A DNA stretch of 38,927 nt from a virus. Taxonomy: Duplodnaviria; Caudoviricetes. The stretch is from positions 1 to 38,927 of IMG/VR virus record IMGVR_UViG_3300032216_001721; one strand, given 5' to 3'. The notes below the pieces were generated by a model. The model ran no database searches, was not told where the DNA came from, and saw only the letters and a program-made list of their open reading frames with translations. The first letter of the stretch is position 1; each line of letters opens with the position of its first letter. Shown in pieces: positions 27,786 to 35,675 of the stretch. A program made the translations under genes and the position numbers.

Positions 27786-28472
27786 CTATATTATTGTTTT
27801 TATAAGTTTACGTCCTCTACTACCAAAGTGGGCTATTTTAGAATATAAATTTCTAATATCATCTTTTGCAAGTTCAATTGAAATATCTGATTTAATTAAA
27901 CTAATATAAATAATCAATCCTTCCATTGCGCCCAATAAACCGTATGCTAATTTTTGATAAGGACGAGTTTGTAAATCAATTTCTTCCCAATTTTTTAAGA
28001 ATAAATCTTTTGTTTCGTTTGTAGTTTTTAATATAAATAAACCTTCATGTATTAAAAATAAAGGTGTTTCTATCATTGGTGTAAGAATATCTAAATACTC
28101 TTTCATATAATCTAAAGAACCATATACATCTTTTAATTTATCCATATCAACAACTTCATCTGCATAAATGGTATTGTTATTTAAATTATCAATAACAGAA
28201 AAATCTATACCATTTCTAATAAAAATATCAGTATCTAAAAATAAAATAGTATTAACTTCTTTTAACGCTTCTTCAATTACAATTCTTTTTAAATTGAAAT
28301 TAAATTCATCTTCAATTTTAATTATTTTATAAACACCATCCGTAATATCATATGGATTATCCGTTCCTACAAATATTTTAAACTCTTTATTTATTTCCAA
28401 TAAAGATTCTGCAACGATATTAAATTCTTCAATATGTTCTTCACCATGTGCTAAAAAACAAATACCAAACAT
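27786..28472 (-). CDS. GT-A fold glycosyltransferase-like protein
   Basis: FNFNLKR...ILFLDTDIFI (DxD), IHEGLF, C-terminal HF. Confidence 0.6.
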   Translation of the reverse strand: MFGICFLAHGEEHIEEFNIVAESLLEINKEFKIFVGTDNPYDITDGVYKIIKIEDEFNFNLKRIVIEEALKEVNTILFLDTDIFIRNGIDFSVIDNLNNNTIYADEVVDMDKLKDVYGSLDYMKEYLDILTPMIETPLFLIHEGLFILKTTNETKDLFLKNWEEIDLQTRPYQKLAYGLLGAMEGLIIYISLIKSDISIELAKDDIRNLYSKIAHFGSRGRKLIKTII

Positions 28473-29017
28473 TATATTAATTCTTTTTTATAAATAGATT
28501 TTACATCTTTAAATTCAATTGCAATAATTAAAGAAATTCTTTCACCACTCTCAATTATTTCAACTTCATGTGGTGTATTTGGAGTAATTATTAAAAAATT
28601 ACCAATTTCTTTTGACATTTTTATTCCTTTGTTTTCTATGTGTGAAATAAAACTACCACCTGTATAATTTAATTCATGTGTAAGTTGGCCAACACATACA
28701 CAAAATCTATTAGTATCAAACGGGTCAACATCTACATGCTTTTTTATAAAATTACCTTTATTATATTTATAAACTTCAACTTCCAATTCATCTAACAATA
28801 ATTCATATCCAATACTATTAAATGCATTTTTTATTTTCTGCATCATAGAATTATCTTTTTCTATTTTAGCATATGATACCAAACTATTTCGTTTTTTAAT
28901 ATTATAACCTTTTTCATTTATGCCGGCCTTATAATATGATTGAACAAAATCCGTATGATTGTTTTTTAAATACAAACATTCATTTTCATCAAAAATAACT
29001 TTTTCAAATAATATCAT
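28472..29017 (-). CDS. 2OG-Fe(II) oxygenase
   Basis: YNKGNFIKKHVD...YTGGSF...PHEVEIIESGERISL. Confidence 0.85.
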   Translation of the reverse strand: MILFEKVIFDENECLYLKNNHTDFVQSYYKAGINEKGYNIKKRNSLVSYAKIEKDNSMMQKIKNAFNSIGYELLLDELEVEVYKYNKGNFIKKHVDVDPFDTNRFCVCVGQLTHELNYTGGSFISHIENKGIKMSKEIGNFLIITPNTPHEVEIIESGERISLIIAIEFKDVKSIYKKELI

Positions 29018-29814
29018 TATAATAATGTTTTATTTTTTATAATTAATGGAACTTTTGGGTTTTTATATTTCTCACCACCTGTATAATGTATATAGTAGTC
29101 TCCTTTTATATTTGTTTCTTTTTGTAAATTGGTAGTTGAAATTCCTAATTGATTTGCTAATATTGTTAAATAATATTGTGAACAGGTAGCAGTTGCATGA
29201 TATGTGGTAGTTCCAATTCCAATTAAAACTTCATTTCTTTCAAAGTTTTCCAAATTATCCATAACCAATGTTGTAGTAAATTTAGAAATATTATTTTTTA
29301 CAAACTTATTTGCAATTTCCCAATTCTTAATATACAATTCTTTAAATTCAGTATTATTAATATAAAGTATTCCGCAATTAAACACATCTACTTTTTTAGT
29401 AGACCAATAATCTATTTCATTACCAATATCAATTGTATCTAATAATTTTATAATTCTATTATATGTACCCCAAGCATTTGTTTCAGGACTATCATATACC
29501 AAATCTGATGTAAATTCTGGTAATCTTTTGTGTAAAATTAAATCCCCATCAATTAGACAGAATGTATCAGTTCTTGATTTTAAAACTTCTATTTTCATCC
29601 AATCAAACAATGGGGAATCGGAATTAGTTAATACAATAACTTCATCTGCTATTTTAATAAAATAATTTTTACAATCAATATTTGTGTATATAATTGTATA
29701 ATATCCTAATTCTTTTGCTTTTTTAATTGATTCTAAATAGTAATTTATTAGTATGAATTGCCAATCTTTTTTATGTTTTAATTGCATAGAATCAAATGTC
29801 CATACTAATTTCAT
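29017..29814 (-). CDS. GT-A-like nucleotide-sugar transferase (DUF6734-like)
   Basis: IYT, FCLIDGDLIL (DxD), FNCGILY, YIHYTG..KY. Confidence 0.55.
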   Translation of the reverse strand: MKLVWTFDSMQLKHKKDWQFILINYYLESIKKAKELGYYTIIYTNIDCKNYFIKIADEVIVLTNSDSPLFDWMKIEVLKSRTDTFCLIDGDLILHKRLPEFTSDLVYDSPETNAWGTYNRIIKLLDTIDIGNEIDYWSTKKVDVFNCGILYINNTEFKELYIKNWEIANKFVKNNISKFTTTLVMDNLENFERNEVLIGIGTTTYHATATCSQYYLTILANQLGISTTNLQKETNIKGDYYIHYTGGEKYKNPKVPLIIKNKTLL

Positions 29815-29829
29815 AACCTTTATTTAATA

Positions 29830-29970
29830 TTAAGAATGTGCATCTTTTAATAATGTAAAAATCTTATTAATAGTAGTTACTACTTTTGTTTTTTTAGTAT
29901 TATTAAGGAGTGTTATTGTTCTATTTTTAGCATCTGCTGCTGCAATTGATTTGTATACTTGTGTTGCCAT
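29830..29970 (-). CDS. 46-aa basic Thr/Lys-rich peptide, not in the ORF track
   Basis: MATQVYKSIAAADAKNRTITLLNNTKKTKVVTTINKIFTLLKDAHS; starts 1 nt after the stop of the 608-aa gene and fills the gap. Confidence 0.75.
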   Translation of the reverse strand: MATQVYKSIAAADAKNRTITLLNNTKKTKVVTTINKIFTLLKDAHS

Positions 29971-29971
29971 T

Positions 29972-31798
29972 TTATTTATTTAAATAGGGTAATAAATGTT
30001 TTTCTTGTCTTGCGAATTCTATGTTTAATAATGGATTATCTCCTAATCCAGAACAAATGTGACCATCTATAATATAGTTATGTTCACTTTCATATACTTT
30101 ATCACCATCTATTTCTAGATTGTATAAAGTTTTATAATAAGATTGATAATGTTCTGCATCTTGTAAGTTTTCTGCATATTTCCATTTACCATCAATAAAT
30201 AATGGATGTTTAGAATCTGCAATCAAACCACCTTTTTTAACCATATTAACAATACCATCAACTAAATGTGGTAAAGTATCGGTTACTATTCCTTTAACAT
30301 ATTCACCTTTATTATAAGATTTAACTACATCACCTTTTTGAATATCTGCAATTCTTTTTTGAGAACCATCAAACATTTCAACTAAACAATTTTCATCAAA
30401 ACAAACACCAAAAATTACATTGTGTGAAATTAATCTTAATACTTTATTTTGGCCTATTAAAAAGGTATCAGTATCTTCCATATTTGGAGAATATAAAGTT
30501 GTAGGGTTTTCTAATATTTCAAATTGAATATCTGTTATTTTAACTTTATTTCCTTCCGAATCCCATACATAATCGTCTGTATCCAAATCAAATCCTTTTT
30601 TATATGCAATTTGATTTTTTTCAGTATCATATATTAATAATCTATTTGCTCCACCCATTTCTATTACATCACCATCTTCAAATGTTAATTTTACAACATC
30701 GTTTGCATATGTATCAAATGGAAAAAGATAAACACAAACAGAACTTGTTGTTTCTGAACCGGATGGTAAAGTATCACCCGTTAAATACCAAGCACTCAAA
30801 CCATCCTCATCATCGGTATTAGGTTGCCCTGCTACATAAAACGAAGGATATAAACTACCCGTTTGCATTGTTGAAATTGGAATTTGATTACCGTCAATAT
30901 CCCATATTAATTCATCTGCTAATAAACCATGTTTTGTATTATTGATTGTGTTTGTTGCAAATTCGTAATAATGTTTTATATCTATTTTGTTATTAATTTG
31001 AGTATCATCTATTGTAATTGAAGATGGTAATTCAAATAAAGCATTAAGTTCATATGATGCAACGTTAATTACATCTAAATTAGAACCATAAACAACATTA
31101 TATGTTCTTATTGAAGACATTTTGTTTGTTGTTTGATAACCGTTGTTATGTGTGTATTGTTCTATAAGAACCGATGATGAAACAATATTTGTAAATTCAG
31201 TATATCTTTCTTCGATTGTTTCTGTTGATTTTCCTAATTTATAAAACTCTAATGGTTTATCATTGAATGTAATTGGTTTAGCTACTAAATCAGGAACATT
31301 AGAAATATTTGTAGTTCTTTCTAAAGTATCATAATTACCATAAACAGAAGATGAATGATAGAAATTTATAATAGATGTTGTATCACCAGCATCTGCAAAC
31401 ATTTTTAATAAATTCAAATTGTTTTTAGCATATTCTGAATCCAAAATTGCGGTTTCATCGTATGCCATTCTTAATATAAAAATATTTGAACTATCTTCTG
31501 GAGATGTTGGAAATATAGAATCACCATTTACTAATGTTTTAGTAATGTTTATAGATGGATTTAATGCTACAACCGAAGCAGATAAATGTTCAAATATATT
31601 TGATTGAATTGATGGTTTATAAACTATATGCAATTCACTAATAGAATTATCATTCAATAAAGTATTTAAATCCGTCCAATCAAATATACCATCTAAATTA
31701 AGTGTACTTGCGTAACCTGTATCTGTGTTTATTTCCAATAATTTTGGATTATCGTTACTATCCGTTACAAAATCCGCTGAGAAAAATGTTGCTTTCAT
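29972..31798 (-). CDS. Circularly permuted ATP-grasp-like domain + Hint + VIFGV + Hint fusion protein
   Basis: aa 1-290: SADF...LLEINT precedes PDLVAKP, LIEQY and SIRTY. Hint 1, aa 291-460: GLLADELIWDIDG...LISHN. Hint 2 from aa 466: CFDENCLVEMFDGSQKRIADIQKGDVV...KHPLF...YNLEI...HNYIIDG. Confidence 0.75.
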   Translation of the reverse strand: MKATFFSADFVTDSNDNPKLLEINTDTGYASTLNLDGIFDWTDLNTLLNDNSISELHIVYKPSIQSNIFEHLSASVVALNPSINITKTLVNGDSIFPTSPEDSSNIFILRMAYDETAILDSEYAKNNLNLLKMFADAGDTTSIINFYHSSSVYGNYDTLERTTNISNVPDLVAKPITFNDKPLEFYKLGKSTETIEERYTEFTNIVSSSVLIEQYTHNNGYQTTNKMSSIRTYNVVYGSNLDVINVASYELNALFELPSSITIDDTQINNKIDIKHYYEFATNTINNTKHGLLADELIWDIDGNQIPISTMQTGSLYPSFYVAGQPNTDDEDGLSAWYLTGDTLPSGSETTSSVCVYLFPFDTYANDVVKLTFEDGDVIEMGGANRLLIYDTEKNQIAYKKGFDLDTDDYVWDSEGNKVKITDIQFEILENPTTLYSPNMEDTDTFLIGQNKVLRLISHNVIFGVCFDENCLVEMFDGSQKRIADIQKGDVVKSYNKGEYVKGIVTDTLPHLVDGIVNMVKKGGLIADSKHPLFIDGKWKYAENLQDAEHYQSYYKTLYNLEIDGDKVYESEHNYIIDGHICSGLGDNPLLNIEFARQEKHLLPYLNK

Positions 31799-31818
31799 AT
31801 TATGTTTATGTAATTTAC

Positions 31819-31827
31819 TATAAATAT
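31819..31827 (-). promoter_or_regulatory. Putative late promoter ATATTTATA heading the twin-Hint operon
   Basis: Lies in the 31-bp gap upstream of 31798. Confidence 0.6.
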
Positions 31828-31829
31828 CA

Positions 31830-32381
31830 TTAAATTATAGATTTGTTCTTTTCTATATAATCCGAATCCAAAATAAAAATAAAAGCATATCTAATACCAT
31901 CCGTTATAGTTCTTACTTCATGTGCTAATTCGGAATTATAAAATAAAGCAGTCCCAACTTTTTTTGGTATTATATGTTCAATATCATTTTCATCCCAAAC
32001 AACTAATTCACCACCATCATAATCATCTGAAAGTTGAATGCCAAAATTATATTTTCTATAAAATGTGTTATTTAATACTTTATCTTTATGTCTAATAAAA
32101 AAATCACCTTTGGAATATTGATGTACAAATTGTGGTGATTCCATTCTATCTATTATTAATTTTTCTTTATTAATTTCTTCACCAGTTTCTTCTTTCAACC
32201 ATTGAAACAATTTATCATATACCCAACGATTGTTTTCGTTCTTATATAGAAAATGCCATCCATTATATTTTTTAGCAGATATATCCCAAATCACATCATC
32301 TTTATCTTGATTTGATTTAGCCTGTTGAATTATTAATTCACATTCTTCTTTTGTAAATAATTTTTTATGTTTTAATATCAT
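31830..32381 (-). CDS. 2OG-Fe(II) oxygenase
   Basis: YSKGDFFIRHKD...YDGGEL...HEVRTITDGIRYA. Confidence 0.9.
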   Translation of the reverse strand: MILKHKKLFTKEECELIIQQAKSNQDKDDVIWDISAKKYNGWHFLYKNENNRWVYDKLFQWLKEETGEEINKEKLIIDRMESPQFVHQYSKGDFFIRHKDKVLNNTFYRKYNFGIQLSDDYDGGELVVWDENDIEHIIPKKVGTALFYNSELAHEVRTITDGIRYAFIFILDSDYIEKNKSII

Positions 32382-32614
32382 AATCCTTCTACTTTATCCC
32401 ATTTATGTAAGTCACAGGTTCCCATCTTATCTGTAAATATCTTTTTACCAATTGGACAACCACATTCTTTACATTTAAATTTAAATACTACGGATTCAAT
32501 CATAGATGGACATTTTTTACAAATCTCTAATCTTTTTTGTGCAAGTAAAGATTGTTCTTGCGTAGGTTTACTAGCAATCCACCAAGCTTTAACAATATCT
32601 TTTATACTATCCAT
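32378..32614 (-). CDS. Small Cys-rich metal-binding protein (DUF6171-like)
   Basis: RLEICKKCP...CKECGCPI..K...CDLHKW. Start moved to the ATG at 32614 because the TTG at 32623 is part of the promoter. Confidence 0.7.
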   Translation of the reverse strand: MDSIKDIVKAWWIASKPTQEQSLLAQKRLEICKKCPSMIESVVFKFKCKECGCPIGKKIFTDKMGTCDLHKWDKVEGL

Positions 32615-32622
32615 AATCAACA

Positions 32623-32652
32623 AATATACAATAAATATTTTGTATTACCAAA
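32623..32652 (-). promoter_or_regulatory. Bacteroidota sigma70-type promoter
   Basis: TTTG-gtaatacaaaatatttatt-GTATATT, continuing TG to give a perfect TAnnTTTG -7 box. Confidence 0.8.
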
Positions 32653-32673
32653 TAAAAGGGGCAGTGGTTGGGA

Positions 32674-32719
32674 AAAGTCGTTTTTTTAAGAAAATTTTTA
32701 GGTATCCCCTATTGATAGT
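32674..32719. repeat. Intergenic direct repeat, copy 1 (46 bp)
   Basis: aaagtcgtttttttaagaaaatttttaggtatcccctattgatagt; differs from copy 2 by 2 substitutions and 1 indel. Confidence 0.9.
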
Positions 32720-32722
32720 TGA

Positions 32723-33337
32723 TTACAATAATTTTATTTCTATAAGTTCTTTATTTATTAAATAATCATAAAATTTATTGGCTTCTTCAATTTGTGTCAT
32801 TAGATTTTCCCAATGTTCCGGATAGTTTGTTTTAATAAATAACATAATTTCATCCTTTGTACACCAGTTTGGATAAAAATGAAAATCATAATCCTTTGAA
32901 TCATACTTTGGTAACTTTTTAATATTAAGTTTTTGTAAATATAATGATAAATCTTTTAATTCTATTATGTTTATTTTATTTTTATTTCGTCTCCATAACC
33001 AATATAATGTTTCATATAAGTCGTGTTGCCAATGTCCATTTAACTCATCAATTTTTTCATATCTACAAAACCCATTTATCACAGACTCTAAATCAACAGG
33101 TATATCTTTATTTCTTTCCGTATCATTATATTCGGTTAATATAGCAGTATGTAGTGCAGATGTTAGATGCTCCAATGGAGGCCTGACCACAATATCCGTA
33201 ATATTTGGTAAAAATAATTTTCTTTTAAATTCAGTTATATCAAATCCAACTCCGGTATGATTGAATACCGTATCTAAATACCTTGTACCACATTTTAGAG
33301 GTGTGAGTAATGTATTGTTATAAATTTTTAAATGCAT
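32723..33337 (-). CDS. Sulfotransferase-like protein (divergent)
   Basis: TPLKCGTRYL (5'-PSB-like), VVRPPLEHLTSA (3'-PB-like RxPxxxxxS), downstream HW. Confidence 0.5.
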   Translation of the reverse strand: MHLKIYNNTLLTPLKCGTRYLDTVFNHTGVGFDITEFKRKLFLPNITDIVVRPPLEHLTSALHTAILTEYNDTERNKDIPVDLESVINGFCRYEKIDELNGHWQHDLYETLYWLWRRNKNKINIIELKDLSLYLQKLNIKKLPKYDSKDYDFHFYPNWCTKDEIMLFIKTNYPEHWENLMTQIEEANKFYDYLINKELIEIKLL

Positions 33338-33347
33338 GGATATGTGT

Positions 33348-33503
33348 TTATTTGTTATTTCTATACCATTTTTTCCTATCTATATACCAAAACGGAAACT
33401 TACACACCCAATAGATAGTTAGTCCACAGGCAGCAAGGAAAAGCAGTGGAGAAAGGATTATAATAGTAAATATATCCGATAGTTTTTTAATGAGAGATAC
33501 CAT
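33348..33503 (-). CDS. Small membrane protein (51 aa), not in the ORF track
   Basis: MVSLIKKLSDIFTIIILSPLLFLAACGLTIYWVCKFPFWYIDRKKWYRNNK fills the gap; hydrophobic core and basic tail. Confidence 0.65.
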   Translation of the reverse strand: MVSLIKKLSDIFTIIILSPLLFLAACGLTIYWVCKFPFWYIDRKKWYRNNK

Positions 33504-33759
33504 TTCTAAAAATTGATGTGTAAATACCTACAAGTCCAACTATCATCCAAAATATGTTTAGAATAAGATAAGCTTTGTTACTTCTTTCCCAAGATGCGTA
33601 TGTTAAAATGATAGCATCAATGGTATTCCATATCCACATTGTAAGGAAAGGAGTTTCAGGGCCCATAATAGAAAGAGTACCAAATGCCATAACTCGCATT
33701 ACTACTCCAATTAATTCTAATAACTTAACAGTTTTTTCAGTTAATAACTTTAATTTCAT
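33487..33759 (-). CDS. Small three-helix membrane protein
   Basis: Three hydrophobic segments; LILNIFWMIVGLVGIY end; ATGA overlap with the radical SAM stop. Confidence 0.7.
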   Translation of the reverse strand: MKLKLLTEKTVKLLELIGVVMRVMAFGTLSIMGPETPFLTMWIWNTIDAIILTYASWERSNKAYLILNIFWMIVGLVGIYTSIFRNGISH

Positions 33760-35531
33760 ACTAAATCAGGATATAATTTGAAAAATTCTTCATCTTTTAT
33801 TCTTCGTCTTTCTAATTCTTCTTCTTTTTGTTTTATTAATAACTCTTCTTCTTTTTCTTTTTTCTTTGCAACTAATTCATCTTTCAATTCTAAATATAAA
33901 CCTCTATTATAGATAGAATATGGTATTCCAATTTCTTTAAACAATTCTTCTGCTTTTTCTAATCTATCTAATCTATCTAATGGAGTATTCCATTTAGTTG
34001 AAAAGTTTACACCATTAATATATTCAATCCATTCTTTTTCTGTATCTCTCCAACGGATTAAAAGTGGTTGGTGAATCAAGAACGCCGAACAAGTTAAGAT
34101 TTCTGCCATACAATCATTGAACTCTGATATAAAGTTTAATGTTTTTTGAAAGTCATCTTCACCTTCATTTAAATAACCAATAATGATTTGCATTGCAAAT
34201 TGCATTGGATATTCATTTTCTTTATTAATTTGTCTTACATTTTCAAATATTTCTCTCACACCTTTTGTATCGGTATATTTCTTCATATGTCTAAGAACAG
34301 GCTCGGATGCAGATTCAAAACCTGTAATCATTTTCATTAAACCTGCTTTACGATACAATCTCATAGTATCTAAATCTCTCATTGGAGCTTGTAGTCTCAT
34401 ATTGCCACCAAATGTAATTTTTAATTCTTTTTCAATAAGAGTCTCACAAAATTGTTTTAACCACTTTGGATTACCATTAATAATAGAATCGTGACAAAAG
34501 AAATTTGTTTGTCCTTTATTAACCCAATGTTCTATTTCCTCAATTACATTATCAATTGTACGATAACGAAACTCAGGTATAAAATCAGGTACTGAACAAA
34601 AAGAACATCTATAAGGACATCCTCTACTCATTACCAAAGGTACATTATATTGGTATGTAGATTTATAATAGTAGTTATCTTCTAATGCGGAATAGTCAGG
34701 AAAGGGTAGGGAGTCCATATCAATATTAGGTCTTGTCTTATTATGGATGAATACTCCATTACAATTCCAAACCAAACCTTTTATATTCATTAAAGAGGAT
34801 TCACTCCAATCGGACTTAAGTATTTCAATAATTGTCATTTCACCATCACCTCTACTAAACGCATCAATGAAAGTATATTCTTTTGTTTTGTATTGTGTGT
34901 TGGGCAATTTACCAAAGTCAAGAACTTCTATACCATTACCACCAATTAGTATTTTAATGTGAGGGTACTTTTCTTTTATTAATTTTGCAATAGCAAGTGT
35001 TGCATCTATATTACCATCTATAATACTAAACCCTAAGAATGCAGGATTTGCTTTTTCAATATATCTACCAACAAAACCATATGCAATATCGAATATCTCT
35101 TTATAGTTGTATAGTATTTCAAATTCACCTTGACGCGAGTAAGTATTAAAGTAATTAAAAAATTCACTTTGTTTATCAGGTGGATTTAAAAAGAAATAAT
35201 CTATAACAGGGTCTATGATAGCAACTTTTAAATCTGGATGAAACTTATCTACATACGTCTTTAATCCTACTATACCTGAATAGTAACCTGATTCATTAAT
35301 ATTAGGAACTTGCATTAAAAGACAATCTTGTTCTTCAATATCTTCAAAATGGAATTTATGTTCTACTTTGATTTTAGAATGACGAACTCTTTCCGTTTGA
35401 CGCATGTATTGTAATAGGTCGACTTTAACATCTACTATTTCTTTACCACTTTTAAATTGGTCTTTAATCCTTTTTTCGGTTTTGGTAATTTGTTCTTCTG
35501 GATTTATTATGTTATCTAATGTCATCGGCAT
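33756..35531 (-). CDS. B12-binding radical SAM enzyme
   Basis: SRGCPYRCSFC (CxxxCxxC); cobalamin-binding region (GFS...AKLIKEKYPHIKILIGG...GDGE), LPFPDY, GFESAS. Confidence 0.92.
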   Translation of the reverse strand: MPMTLDNIINPEEQITKTEKRIKDQFKSGKEIVDVKVDLLQYMRQTERVRHSKIKVEHKFHFEDIEEQDCLLMQVPNINESGYYSGIVGLKTYVDKFHPDLKVAIIDPVIDYFFLNPPDKQSEFFNYFNTYSRQGEFEILYNYKEIFDIAYGFVGRYIEKANPAFLGFSIIDGNIDATLAIAKLIKEKYPHIKILIGGNGIEVLDFGKLPNTQYKTKEYTFIDAFSRGDGEMTIIEILKSDWSESSLMNIKGLVWNCNGVFIHNKTRPNIDMDSLPFPDYSALEDNYYYKSTYQYNVPLVMSRGCPYRCSFCSVPDFIPEFRYRTIDNVIEEIEHWVNKGQTNFFCHDSIINGNPKWLKQFCETLIEKELKITFGGNMRLQAPMRDLDTMRLYRKAGLMKMITGFESASEPVLRHMKKYTDTKGVREIFENVRQINKENEYPMQFAMQIIIGYLNEGEDDFQKTLNFISEFNDCMAEILTCSAFLIHQPLLIRWRDTEKEWIEYINGVNFSTKWNTPLDRLDRLEKAEELFKEIGIPYSIYNRGLYLELKDELVAKKKEKEEELLIKQKEEELERRRIKDEEFFKLYPDLV

Positions 35532-35545
35532 AATCTTAATATAGT

Positions 35546-35575
35546 AATATACGAATAATTATAAAGATTACCAAA
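35546..35575 (-). promoter_or_regulatory. Bacteroidota sigma70-type promoter
   Basis: TTTG-gtaatctttataattattc-GTATATT(ac). Confidence 0.75.
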
Positions 35576-35600
35576 AATAATTTGGTGGGGGGTTGGGGGC

Positions 35601-35647
35601 AAAGTCGTTTTTTTAAGAAATTTTTTAGGATATCTCCTATTGATAGT
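35601..35647. repeat. Intergenic direct repeat, copy 2 (47 bp)
   Basis: aaagtcgtttttttaagaaattttttaggatatctcctattgatagt. Confidence 0.9.
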
Positions 35648-35675
35648 GCAACTTTTAACTTTTTTAGAGTATATA

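Noticed and set aside
30419-30928. Conventional splicing intein in the 608-aa protein
   Set aside because: No Cys/Ser at position 1, no block-B His, the +1 residue is Val, and there is no homing endonuclease. Canonical splicing is not expected; only cleavage is.
32674-35647. CRISPR array or IS ends
   Set aside because: Only two direct copies about 2.9 kb apart, with no spacers, cas genes or transposase.
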